A stretch of DNA of 64,000 nt from Eledone cirrhosa. Taxonomy: Eukaryota. Shown one piece after another: positions 40,431-52,900 of the stretch (positions within the stretch are counted from its first letter, which is position 1; each line of letters starts with the position of its first letter). The position numbers and the translations under genes are program-made. The notes under the pieces are model-generated. The model saw only the letters and a list, made by a program, of their open reading frames with translations, was not told the origin of the DNA and did not search any database. The DNA lies in NCBI GenBank assembly GCA_964016885.1, contig OZ024755.1, forward strand, positions 38,812,001-38,876,000. The letters are read 5' to 3'.

Positions 40431-40827
40431 CAAAATTAGTCTTTTGAATTACAAGTGCAGTCCAATTTCACTTAAAAGATTAGACTTCGGTAAGAGAAAC
40501 TTGCTCAAGATGCTAAGCAATGAGATCGAAAGCAGGACTTTATCATTGTGACACTACATCTTCTGTGTACGATAGTGTGTTTTAGAAATAAAAAATGAAA
40601 CTGAGGTTGTTTTAAAAAGTTATTTTAGTTAAAAAGTGTTAGATTCATTGGTATGAAACAATAAATGTTTTAGAAATTGACAGATGATACAGCATTGGAA
40701 CTGTTCAACTGATAGCTTTATTATCAATATTTCATTTAAAGACTTTTTAAAAATCAAGTCGAGTATTTTGTTTATAGTTTCTTTATTGCAATTTCTTCTA
40801 TTAACCAACTTTCTAAAACATGTTTTC

Positions 40828-43800
40828 TGTCTGGTCTCTCCTTCTTTCATCTAACGTGTTATCCCGTCTTATATCCCATTTTATATCCAGTCTACCGTAT
40901 ACCTGGTCTCTTATCCGTTCATCTAACGAGTTATCCCATCTTATATCCAGTCTACCGTATACCTGGTCTCTTCTCCTTTCATCTGACGTGTTATCCCATC
41001 TTATATCCAGTCTACCATATATCTGGTCTCTCCTTTCATCTAACGTGTTATCCTATCTTATATGCAGTCTACCATATATCTCGTCTCTCCTTTCATCTAA
41101 CGTGTTATCCCATCTTATATCTAGTCTACCATATATCTCGTCTCTCCTTTCATCTAACGTGTTATCCCATCTTATATCCAGTCTGCCATATATCTCGTCT
41201 CTCCTTTCATCTAACGTGTCATACTATCTTATATCTAGTCTACCATATATCTGGTCTCTCCTTTCATCTAAGGTGTTATCCCATCTTATATCCAGTCTAC
41301 CGTATACCTGGTCTCTTCTCCTTTCATCTAACGTGTTATCCCATCTTATATCCAGTCTACCATATATCTGGTCTCTCCTTTCATCTGACGTGTTATCCCA
41401 TCTTATAACCAGTCTACCATATATCTGGTCTCTCCTTTCATCTGACGTGTTATCCCATCTTATAACCAGTCTACCATATATCTGGTCTCTCCTTTCATCT
41501 GACGTGTTATCCCATCTTATAACCAGTCTACCATATATCTGGTCTCTCCTTTCATCTAAGGTGTTATCCCATCTTATATCCAGTCTACCGTATATCTGGT
41601 CTCTCCTTTCATCTAAGGTGTTATCCCATCTTATATCCAGTCTACCGTATACCTGGTCTCTTCTCCTTTCATCTGACGTGTTATCCCATCTTATAACCAG
41701 TCTAGCATATATCTAGTCTCTCCTACCATATAACGTGTTATCCCATCTTATAATCCAGTCTACCATATATCTGGTCTCTCCTTTCATCTAACGTTACCCC
41801 ATCTTAAATCCAGTCTACCATATATCTGGTCTCTCCTTTCATCTGACGTGTTATCCCATCTTATAATCCAGTCTACCATATATCTAGTCTCTCATTTCAT
41901 ATAACGCGTTATCCCATCTTATAATCCAGTCTACCATATATCTGGTCTCTCCTTTCATCTAAGGTGTTATCCCATCTTATATCCAGTCTACCATATATCT
42001 GGTCTCTCCTTTCATCTAACGTGTTATCCCATCTTATAATCCAGTCTACCATATATCTGGTCTCTCCTTTCATCTAACGTGTTATCCCATCTTATATCCA
42101 GTCTACCATATATCTGGTCTCTCCTTTCATCTAACGTGTTATCCCATCTTATATCCAGTCTACCATATATCTAGTCTCTCCTTCCATCTAATGTGTTATC
42201 CCATCTTATATCCAGTCTACCATATATCTAGTCTCTCCTTCCATATAACGCGTTATCCCATCTTATAATCCAGTCTACCATATATCTGGTCTCTCCTTTC
42301 ATCTAACGTGTTATCCCATCTTATATCCAGTCTACCATATATCTGGTCTCTCCTTTCATCTGACGTGTTATCCCATCTTATAACCAGTCTACCATATATC
42401 TGGTCTCTCCTTTCATCTGACGTGTTATCCCATCTTATAACCAGTCTACCATATATCTGGTCTCTCAATTCATCTAACGTGTTATCCCATCTAATAACCA
42501 GTCTACCATATATATAGTCTCTCATTTCATCTAACGTGTTATCCCATATTATATCCAGTCTACCATATATCTGGTCTCTCATTTCATCTAACGTGTTATC
42601 CCATCTAATAACCAGTCTACCATATATATAGTCTCTCATTTCATCTAACGTGTTATCCCATCTTATATCCAGTCTACCATATATCTGGTCTCTCATTTCA
42701 TCTAACGTGTTATCCCATCTTATATCCAGTCTACCATATATCTAGTCTCTCCTTTCATCTAAGGTGTTATCCCATCTGATATCCAGTCTACCATATATCT
42801 AGTCTCTCATTTCATCTAACGTGATATCCCATCTTATATCCAGTCTACCATATATCTAGTCTATCCTTTCATCTAACGTGTTATCCTATCTTATACCCAG
42901 TCTACCATATATCCAGTCTCTCCTTTCATCTAACGTGTTATCGCAAGTCATATCCAGTCTACCATATATCTGGTCTCTCCTTTCATCTAACGTGTTATCC
43001 TATCTTATATCCAGTTTACCATATATCTGGTCTCTCCTTTCATCTAACGTGTTATCCTATCTTATATCCAGTCTACCATATATCTAGTCTCTCATTTCAT
43101 CTAACGTGTTATCCCATCTTATACCCAGTCTACCATATATCTAGTCTCTCCTTTCATCTAACGTGTTATCCCATCTTATATCCAGTCTACCATATATCTA
43201 GTCTCTCCTTTCATCTAACGTGTTATCCCATCTTATATCTAGTCTCTCATTTCATCTAACGTGTTATCCCATCTTATATCCAGTCTACCATATGTCTAGT
43301 CTCTCCTTTCATCTATCGTGTTATCCCATCTTATATCCAGTCTACCATATATCTGGTCTCTCCTTTCATCTAGCGTGTTATCCCATCTTATATCCAGTCT
43401 ACCATATATCTGGTCTCTCCTTTCATCTAACGTGTTATCCCATCTTATATCCAGTCTACCATATATCTGGTCTCTCCTTTCATCTAACGTATTATCCCAT
43501 CTTATAACCAGTCTACCATATATCTGGTCTCTCATTTCATCTAACGTGTTATCCCATCTAATAACCAGTCTACCATATATATAGTCTCTCATTTCATCTA
43601 ACGTGTTATCCCATCTTATATCCAGTCTACCATATATCTGGTCTCTCCTTTCATCTAACGTGTTATCCCATCTTATATCCAGTCTACCATATATCTGGTC
43701 TCTCCTTTCATCTATCGTGTTATCCCATCTTATATCCAGTCTACCATATATCTGGTCTCTCCTTTCATCTAACGTGTTATCCCATCTTATATCCAGTCTA

Positions 43801-44005
43801 CCGTATACCTGGTCTCTTCTTTCATCTAACGTGTTATCCCATCTTAAATCCAGTCTACCATATATCTAGTCTCTCATTTCATCTAACGTGTTATCCCATC
43901 TTAAATCCAGTCTACCATATATCTAGTCTCTCATTTCATCTAACGTGTTATCCCATCTTATATCCAGTCTACCATATATCTAGTCTCTCCTTTCATCTAA
44001 CGAGT
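40828..44005. repeat. 57-bp minisatellite (TCTGGTCTCTCCTTTCATCTAACGTGTTATCCCATCTTATATCCAGTCTACCATATA), ~55 units
   Basis: Direct reading; 57-60 bp variants. Confidence 0.97.
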
Positions 44006-44334
44006 TATTTCGTCTTGAATTCAATTTTTCTAACATCTTTTCAAATATTATATTTCCTTTATTTTTTGCAAGGGGTCTCACTTCTCAGAAAATAAATGTG
44101 AATACATTAAAATGAAGAATGGCTCTACTTAGTAGCTAAATATTATATAATACTGTATTTTTTTTTTATGTATAAAAATCAATGTGACAAGAGTGCTCGA
44201 TAAATTGTAGCATAGCTCGTGAACATATGCCTATATTTAACAATTTAAACATACAAGAAACCACATGTTATCTATGTAGAGCGATTAAACCCAATATCAT
44301 CAGTCTTATGAATCTTAATATTCCGTGCTGTAAA

Positions 44335-44653
44335 GACGGCTGGATTTAGATCCTGGAGGGGGGGGGACTAGGGTACTTCAGGTTTGGGGTCCTCGGGGCA
44401 CTTCAGTTTTGGGGAGCCCCCCCCCCCCCCCCTCATACAAAAAAATTAGAGTACACAGCAAACCGCCAGTTTTACATATCAACGTCAGCTTGGCGCAAGT
44501 AATTGGAATTGAAAAGTTATACAAGCAGGTATTAAATTAAAAAAATCTAACCATCCTAAAACTAAAAAGCCGAGCTGAGGCCACAAATAAACCGGTACGC
44601 CCATCCTCAATGCAGGAGACCCGGAGCAATTTACTCCATTAAATCCGGCACTG
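44335..44653. mobile_element. Possible MITE with degenerate terminal inverted repeats
   Basis: Left ggctggattta versus right taaatccggcactg; GC-rich subterminal blocks; no clear TSD. Confidence 0.35.
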
Positions 44654-45744
44654 CTTACAGACACAACAATCAACATAAGAAGTCGGGTCATTTGCGTTGG
44701 CACATACTTCAAATATCTAAAACATTCCAACATTCCAAGTCATCTTTTATTTAAACTTCTCTCAGGTTCGATTCGTCGCAGTGGCACCTGTCTCTACAGT
44801 TACCTGTCTCCAGGGGTACTTTACCCGATATTCTAAACTATTGTTTATTGTGATTTTCTTCTTCTTCTGCACCCACTTATTCTTGGGAGGGTCGTGGGAG
44901 CAGTGTCTTCAAACACTCCCTCCCGCGGGTCCTGTCAGAAGCAATCATCCCCAAGCGAGACCAGCCAAGCTCATGGTTGTTACCCAACCTCCTTTCTCGG
45001 GGTCTACTACCAGTTGGTTTTGCCCTTAAAATCTGTTTTCCCTAAAATAATTCTCAAAAATCTACCATGTGTCCTGATAGCCAAAAGTTGTGTTTCTCAT
45101 CGGTATATCCTAACCCCAGGGGAAATATATCTCTGCTGGACAGTAATCTGAACTCCAGGACATGGCTTCTCAATGAAATGTATAAATTATACTTAGTTAA
45201 AATAGTGTGGGGCTGCCGCGAGATAGAGGGGGGTGTAGAGCTGCCGTGTGAGGGGGAATGCCGGAAGTTGGGGACGAGGGCGACTCGAGAGACCAGGGTT
45301 CAACAGGGGCCTCTGAGCCATAGGCCATCGAAGGTGATGGACGTGTGAAGACAGACGCAAGCGGACTGTACCCACGTGGACCAGAGAGACGCAAGGTAAG
45401 TCCGAATGCCTCCGGCTACAAGTAGTAAATAAACAAAATATCATAACAAATTAGGTAACAAGACCCGAAATGCCGGGACCTTAGTTTTATGTTTATTATT
45501 ATTTTTATTTCAATATTTTGGTTGTCGCAATTGCGGTTCGTCGTCGAGGGCGAAGCGTCTTTGACGACGGGAAATACGGTTATTTGGATTCTTACTAATG
45601 TTGATATCAATACTTACATTGTATGTAGGGTCCCGAAACCCCCGAGTCATAAGGGCGCCGCACCGACATACGGCGTTTCTCGGGTGAGCCCATCCCTCCC
45701 CAGACCCGAGTACAGCAGATTTCTTCCGGAGAAAGATAGAAAGT

Positions 45745-46170
45745 GAGAGAGATGAAATGAGAAAGAGATATAGAGGAAGAATTGACCCCAGTACTAGACT
45801 GGTACTGTATATATATATATATGGAGAGATAGGGTGAGAGAGAGGAAATGAGAAAGAGATATAGAGGAAGACTCGACCCCAGTACTAGACTGGTACTGTA
45901 TATATATATATGGAGAGATAGGGTGAGAGAGAGGAAATGAGAAAGAGATATAGAGGAAGAATCGACCCCAGTACTAGACTGGTACTGTATATATATATAT
46001 ATGGAGAGATAGGGTGAGAGAGAGGAAATGAGAAAGAGATATAGAGGAAGAATTGACCCCAGTACTAGACTGGTACTGTATATATATATATATATATGGA
46101 GAGATAGGGTGAGAGAGAGGAAATGAGAAAGAGATATAGAGGAAGACTCGACCCCAGTACTAAACTGGTA
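45745..46170. repeat. ~90-bp tandem repeat (about 4.5 units) containing a SINE fragment and a variable (TA)n
   Basis: gagaaagagatatagaggaaga..gaccccagtactagactggtactg(ta)nggagagatagggtgagagagaggaaat; the last unit continues into the SINE core. Confidence 0.93.
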
Positions 46171-46227
46171 CTTTTTTTATCGACGTCGAAAGGATGAAAG
46201 GCGAGAATACTTACATTATCGATACAA

Positions 46228-46730
46228 TAATTATTTTTAATATAGGCACAAGGCCAGCAATTTAAAGGGAAGGAGAAGTCAATTTAATTGATCCCAGTGC
46301 GTTACTGGTACTTTATTTTATCGACCTCGTAAGGATGAAAGGCAAAGCTAACCTAGGCGGAATTTTGACCCAAAACATAAAGGGTCGTAACTATATGCCG
46401 TAAAGCATGTCTGACGCTCTACCGATACTGCTAATCCACCGCCCTTATCGATACAATAATTAGAACTAATATATTATGGTTGATTCAATGTACTTAGACT
46501 TGTGTATAGTAATTATAGAAATTGGTTTCTAATTTAGGCACAAAACCCGAAATTTGGTGGAGGGGTGAAGAGAAAGCCGATTAAATCGAACCCAGTAGAT
46601 GATGTGTACTTTATCCTATTTTATTGATCACCCGGAAAGATTAAAGGCGAAGTTGATCACAGTGGAATTTGAACATAGACCGCTGGAGTTGAAACAAATA
46701 CGGGACTCTCTAATAACTCCGCCATGTTAC
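46228..46730 (-). mobile_element. Two tRNA-SINE copies (46228-46446 near complete; 46520-46730 degenerate)
   Basis: Same motifs as 35961-36843. Confidence 0.8.
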
Positions 46731-47378
46731 CGTCCATCTATATCATTGTTTAAATTTGGTTATCGTCTTCAGATCATTCTGAAGTTAAAAACAAATTGAG
46801 TAAAAAAAAAAATGTTTGTGATGGGTAATCCGTTGATTTGAATTAACAGAGGCCGGTTGGATCGAGTTTTCTCAAAGTCTAGAAGAAATGAAATTGATTT
46901 ACGAAGGCACAAAACTGAATTTTTTCATTCTTAAACCATTTCTTATGAAGGCCATAACGAAATTATCTTAAGATTGCCTCTTAGATTTATACAATTTGTG
47001 ACAAAGATCGAACAACATGTTTCAGAGTATTCTGTTGATTAGAATTCCAGACCAATGAAATTGTTACGAATCTAATGTCACAGCCAATCAGCAGTAAGGT
47101 TTCACAATTTCTTTTTCTCCTTTATATTTCACTATCGGCAGGAGGTGGATCTCCGTTTCTCTAGAAAACTCTTATTTGTATGTAGAAAATGCTATGAAAA
47201 TAAAATGACACGAATCGTCAACTTATGAATATGAGGATAATGCGACAATGTTTCGTATATAAAATGTCAAACATCCTAATTTTACATGAAAAACATATAA
47301 ATTTTAGAGCATTCCCATAAAAACACTTAAGGAATGGTTGATTAAAAAACATTAATGTTATAACAGCTACTAAAATAC

Positions 47379-47382
<4 letters not shown>

Positions 47383-47434
<52 letters not shown>

Positions 47435-47502
47435 TTTATAACATCTAACATATAGGAGCTATATAGATATACACAGTTTTATAACATCTGCTAACATACA
47501 GG

Positions 47503-47543
<41 letters not shown>

Positions 47544-47589
47544 AGCTATATAGATATACACAGTTTTATAACATCTGCTAACATACAGG

Positions 47590-47632
<43 letters not shown>

Positions 47633-47678
47633 AGCTATATAGATATACACAGTTTTATAACATCTGCTAACATACAGG

Positions 47679-47739
<61 letters not shown>

Positions 47740-47810
47740 GTTTTATAACATCTAACATATAGGAGCTATATAGATATACACAGTTTTATAACATCTGCTA
47801 ACATACAGGC

Positions 47811-47846
<36 letters not shown>

Positions 47847-47866
47847 TATAACATCTAACATACATG

Positions 47867-47898
<32 letters not shown>
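47383..47898. repeat. Compound repeat: (TA)n tracts separated by ttataacatctgctaacatacaggc / ggagctatatagatatacacag spacers
   Basis: Direct reading; related units resume at 48332-48638. Confidence 0.9.
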
Positions 47899-47907
<9 letters not shown>

Positions 47908-47945
47908 ATATTAATAAATGGAAACTATATTTATAAAACCATAAT

Positions 47946-48011
47946 TATTTTATTATATATATTTCAAGGGCGACCAAGCTAAATTATGGTGCGCTTTCAT
48001 CAGATAAAATA
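47946..48011 (-). ncRNA. Minimal type-I hammerhead ribozyme (mirror copy)
   Basis: Reverse complement of 48132-48197. Confidence 0.78.
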
Positions 48012-48131
48012 CAGATTTGTTTTATAAATAAATATTGACATACCCGGAAAAAAGACAACCTCAACCGTTGAAATTCGCTGGATAGTGTCTTTTTTCCGGG
48101 TATGTCAATATTTATTTATAAAACAAATCTG

Positions 48132-48197
48132 TATTTTATCTGATGAAAGCGCACCATAATTTAGCTTGGTCGCCCTTGAAATATATATAATAAAATA
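48132..48197 (+). ncRNA. Minimal type-I hammerhead ribozyme
   Basis: tattttat-CTGATGA-aagcgcacca(taatttagct)tggtcgccctt-GAAA-tatatATA-ataaaata: 8-bp stem I, canonical core, bulged stem II, palindromic stem III. Confidence 0.78.
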
Positions 48198-48328
48198 ATT
48201 ATGGTTTTATAAATATAGTTTCCATTTATTAATATATTGTATATTTACTCTACTAACTTGATGAGTGCTTTATATCAGTTATAAATTTTTTTAAGCTTGT
48301 TGAATCCCAACAAATTAAATATAACCTC

Positions 48329-48331
<3 letters not shown>

Positions 48332-48384
<53 letters not shown>

Positions 48385-48433
48385 ACATACAGGCTATATA
48401 TATATATATATATATACACATATAACATACAGG

Positions 48434-48470
<37 letters not shown>

Positions 48471-48591
48471 TAACATCTAACATACAGGCTATATATATAT
48501 ATATATATACACACATATAACATCTAACATACAGGCTATATATATATATATATATATACATACACACACACACATAACATCTAACATACAG

Positions 48592-48638
<47 letters not shown>
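48332..48638. repeat. (TA)n compound repeat with cataacatctaacatacaggc spacers
   Basis: Direct reading. Confidence 0.9.
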
Positions 48639-48639
<1 letters not shown>

Positions 48640-48643
<4 letters not shown>

Positions 48644-48893
48644 CGAAACATAAGTCAATTGCTTGAACTCATAATCCTTTATTTACTGCTATATATATTT
48701 CGATGATAGCCATTGACTGGCTATGACCTCATCAGGTAGTTAGTCAGTTCTTAGATATGCCAGCTCTGTGTTTATAGTGTTGATGGTATCAGAGTCTTGG
48801 GACATATGAGCTTGTTAGGAGTAATTTAATGTTGGAATAATCTTAATTCTCATTGGTCAGTTTTTAGATGCTAGTAGGGTTGGTATTTGACTT

Positions 48894-48895
<2 letters not shown>
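48640..48895 (-). mobile_element. Solo Penelope-like pseudo-LTR fragment related to 25723-26700
   Basis: Shares the hammerhead, gatatgcc and ctcattggtcagtt motifs in the same order; bounded by (TA)n on both sides. Confidence 0.7.
48685..48740 (-). ncRNA. Minimal type-I hammerhead ribozyme
   Basis: Minus: actac-CTGATGA-ggtcatagcca(gtcaa)tggctatcatc-GAAA-tatatATA-gcagt; one stem I mismatch; compensatory change in stem II relative to 26497-26551. Confidence 0.8.
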
Positions 48896-48941
<46 letters not shown>

Positions 48942-49542
48942 AAATAACAAAACGAAATTAAATTTCGTTTCGTTTGTAACTCACTTTTGTATGACTGACG
49001 CTTAAACAATTAAGTTAAAAATGTACATCTACATATGCATACTGAAATACTAGTGTGTATATGAATACACACACGTATACATATGTAGGTGTACCAAGTC
49101 TTTCACTGGTCGCTTTACAGTGAGCGGCCCAGCTATTCTGTATGTAAACACACAGACAAACCGGTTTTTAGAGTCATACTGGTTTTTGAGGAAACACCTT
49201 TCCTCTATTCTCCAGAAAGCCAGACAAGGAATATTGAACTAGTTTCGTTGTTGTTACAACTCATCAGCAATATTTACCTATCTACCGGCCTTTCTGGAGA
49301 ATTGTAAAAGCACATATCGTTATATGCTTTTTCTATATATATATTTATTTATTTATTAAAATAACAGATTAAAGTATAAGCAAAGAATCGCTACTTTCAC
49401 CCTTAACGGGATCTTCTGAAACTAACAAAGTCAATCTGTAAACGCAGAAGTGGATATTTCAAAAAACGTTGCAACCGGAGGAAGACAGGAAGACGATACT
49501 TTGGTTCGAGCTCTCTTTGGATTTTAGTCTTCAAATTTATTA

Positions 49543-49598
<56 letters not shown>

Positions 49599-49649
49599 TT
49601 AGTAACTTATACACTTACAAGAACAAGAGAAATTTGCGATACATTTTGC

Positions 49650-49853
49650 TTAACCCTTTAGCATTTAAACCAGCCATATACGGCCAGAATCCTGCCACCT
49701 CTCTCTGTTCAAGCCACCCATAACCAGCCACTCATGCTGATGTTAAGGTATTGTTCTCAAAATAAATAGCTCCAAGATCTCATAAATTCGATATTATGTA
49801 AATAATTATGAAAATACAATAAACATAGAGTAATGTAAGGGTTAAAGGGTTAA
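49650..49853. mobile_element. piggyBac-type MITE
   Basis: TTAA-CCCTTTA ... TAAAGGG-TTAA termini. Confidence 0.65.
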
Positions 49854-50097
49854 AGCCTGACAATGTACGGTAAAGTTAATGAATGCAATACCCCACCATT
49901 ACAAATGCCCACACCTCCCATGCTGGTAGTCAGGGTTTATTTGGTAGGGTAGCAAACTGAGAGAGACATTTTATGGGATCTCTTGCAATCCGTTTAAAGC
50001 AAATTCTACTCTCGTATTTAAACATTCTCTGCTGGTGTCTGACTTAGACGTTACAGTTCTGAGCTTACGATTATAAGGTTGTAAGTTCAATTCTCGA

Positions 50098-52445
50098 AAG
50101 AGTAGCCACTCCTGTGTGGTCAGACGTGAAGGAGGACAAGGTACGACGGCCAGACGGTAGTAGATGACGGACGAGATATACACGTTCGCCACCTCTGCCC
50201 GACCTTTCAGGGATAGCTTCTCCTCGGCCGCTTTCTGGGTGAGAAAGTCCACCTTGCTCGTAACCTCATCCAAGTCTTTGTTTATCTGGAGGTCCTGACG
50301 AATCCAGACTCCTAGCCAGGGGCCTCATTTACCTTAAAAATGTGAGGGGGACAAACCAACATTTGTTGATTCTTAAAGGAGTATGTTAGTATTGCTTACG
50401 GTGCCTTTCCCGGACCCTATCACATAAATAAAATTTTACACTAATTAAATTTTATATATTCAAATGAAGTTAGAATATAAAACAAATAAAAAGAATTTAT
50501 TATATCAAATAAACAAAAAATAAAATATAGATGTTTCAATTTAACTGGTCCATCTGTTCAGCACTGTATGACGCTGTTAGACGGCAAATGGCAGCCTCTC
50601 CAGGTGCTGAGCTTCAGACCTACCAACGTTTTTGGTTAATCTTTGCTCTTGTTACCACTTCGTATTCCCAGAGAGCGGTGCCAATTATCCCAATGTGTTT
50701 GGCGTTCGACACCAATACGGTGGCACCTTTGACATATGCTGACACGGACTTCCCACATCTTATTATGCGCGGGTCACCCCCTCAACGTCACTTATTTGTG
50801 TAGTAATGGCTCGAGAGTTAATACATACAAAAGGGAGGAGAGAGGACCACATTAGCGGACCAAGAGAATGATGTTGAACAGTTCTGAAAGGTTATCGTTT
50901 AGTCTAATCACAGAGCAGATGTCACTGTGCAATGCAGCGATCCTTCCTCTGGAATAAAACCCGAAACTGCTGCCTTGGAGACTGCCGCCAGGTAGCAATG
51001 GTCGGCCCTATCAAAAGCTTTCGATTGAACTAAGTTGATCAGGCCGCCACCCGTGTCAGGTTCCTTAGTGATCCTCTCTATGATGCATCGGATGAGGTGG
51101 ATGGGTCTGTATGGAATGTCGCATGTTTGTGCTTCCCCTACAAGACCACAGACCACAAGCAACACCCGTACTGCCAACATTTTAAACACCGCATTTAGTA
51201 GAGCTATTGGCTTAAAATTATAAATATGTTCCCCTTTGTTCGGGTCCTTTCTCAGCAGTGCCACCGTTCCTCGTCCCACAGAACTAGGAATTCTCCCATT
51301 CTGCTGCAACTTGCAGTAGATGCCAAGAGGTCATCGAACAAGCCTGACATGAACACGTAAACCTTGTAGGCCAGACCATCCAAACCCGGCGATTTGCCCC
51401 TCGTGCATTCAGTCATCATCTTCCGTACCTCAGCGGCTTTTATCAGCTTTTCACAGAATCCAGTCTCCGTGGTCGAGAGGCGCGTCAGGCCGTCGAGGTA
51501 CGCACTAAAGTTCATCTCGCAATCAAGCCCACCACCGCTCCCATACAACTAAGTGAAGTGCTGCTGAAAAACCGCACACATCCTCTAGGGATCGAGTAAC
51601 ATGCGCCCGTCGTGGTCCGCCAAAGACCGGATTGTGGCTTTGTTTCCACGACACACCTCCACCACTCGGGCCAATAAAATAGCAGTGAAGGGTATGCTTT
51701 CAGGCTAGTAGTTGACAGGGGCAGAAAGACTTGATTTCTTCAGGCCCCTTGAGTTCTTCCTAACGTTCCGCTCTTTAGTGTTAGTGGGCGACTGAAACGG
51801 TATCATAGATGCACGCTGGGAATGTGTGAGACTAACTGATGGGGGAGGAGGGTGTAAAATTCTCGCAAACCTGCTCAGACATTTCCACTTGTCTGTACCG
51901 ACAAGATTTCCTGAATGTGACAATGTGGACATGGAAAAAACGATGTCCACATTGTCACATTCAGGAAATCTTGTCGGTACAGACAAGTGGAAATGTCTGA
52001 GCAGGTTTGCGAGAATTTTACACCCTCCTCCCCCATCAGTTAATCTCACACATTCCCAGCGTGCATCTATGATACCGTTTCAGTCGCCCACTAACACGAA
52101 AGAGCGGGACGTTAGGAAGAACTCAAGGGGCCTGAAGAAATCAAGTCTTTCTGCCCCTGTCAACTACTAGCCTGAAAGCATACCCTTCACTGCTGGTCAC
52201 GTCCTATACTACCTACTTACTTTCTGGTTCCATATCGTGAGATCCAAGCCTTCTCGAAACAATACAGTGACTCCGCCTTCTGATCCTGGACGGTTCGGAG
52301 ATACGTACACCTCGTAGCTGCCAAACATGGGTGTGAAGGCTCGAGACTCGGAAATTCTGGTCTGGCTAATAGCCACCACATCTATGTTTAGTAACCTGAT
52401 GTCATTGAGGGGTAGCCTTGCTACCAAGACGACTCCAAGCCACGT
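50098..52445 (-). mobile_element. Decayed Tx1/L1-clade LINE ORF2 (endonuclease and RT), interrupted by an unclassified insertion (~50317-50805) and a fold-back inversion
   Basis: IDVVAISQTR, GGVTVLF, VLVGD.N (APE); GKSPGLDGL, NFKPIALLN, QSKAFDR (RT); KLSLKGRAEVANVYISSVIYY. Confidence 0.85.
51681..52194. repeat. Long inverted repeat, 252-bp arms (51681-51932 / 51943-52194), 10-nt spacer
   Basis: Arms reverse-complementary with about 3 mismatches; mirrored ORFs 51705-52049(-) and 51826-52170(+). Confidence 0.95.
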
Positions 52446-52447
52446 GT

Positions 52448-52900
52448 AATAATTGTTTCTACTTTTGGCACAAGGCCAGCAATTACCCCCAGTGCATTAC
52501 TGGTACTTTATTTTATCGACCCCGTAAGGATGAAAGGCAAAGTTAACCTCGGCGGGATTTGAATTCAGAACGTAAAGGGCCATAACTATGCTGCAAAGCA
52601 TAGCATCCGACCCTCTAGTAATACTGCCAATGTGTAATAATTGTTTCTACTTTTGGCACAAGGCCATCAAATAACCAGTACATTACTGGTACATTATTTT
52701 ATCGACCCCGTAAGGATGAAAGGCAAAGTTAACCTCGGCGGGATTTGAACTCAGACCGCAAAGGGACGTAACTATGCTGGAAAGCATGTCAGACCCTACA
52801 CCGATAATGCCAATCCACCGCCCTTAATGCTATTAATGTGTAATAATTGTTTCTACTTTAGGCACAAGGCCAGCAATTAACCAGTGCATTACTGGTACTT
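52448..52900 (-). mobile_element. Head-to-tail tRNA-SINE cluster (two near-complete copies and one partial)
   Basis: Same SINE motifs, separated by aatgtgtaataat. Confidence 0.9.

Larger units (their letters stand above)
47899..48331. mobile_element. Second Penelope-like inverted pseudo-LTR: palindrome 47899-48057 / 48086-48244 plus ~85 bp right extension
   Basis: 159-bp arms with no mismatch seen, 28-nt spacer; hammerhead in each arm; interrupts a (TA)n compound repeat. Confidence 0.75.

Noticed and set aside
40820-43869. Leucine-rich-repeat-like ORFs (LLSSNVLSHLISSLPYIWS)
   Set aside because: 19-codon periodicity comes from the 57-bp minisatellite; frequent stops and frameshifting units
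49385-49425. Possible additional hammerhead on the minus strand (cagaaga-tccc..gggt-gaaa)
   Set aside because: Core reads CAGAAGA rather than CTGANGA and stem I does not pair convincingly; at best a decayed relic
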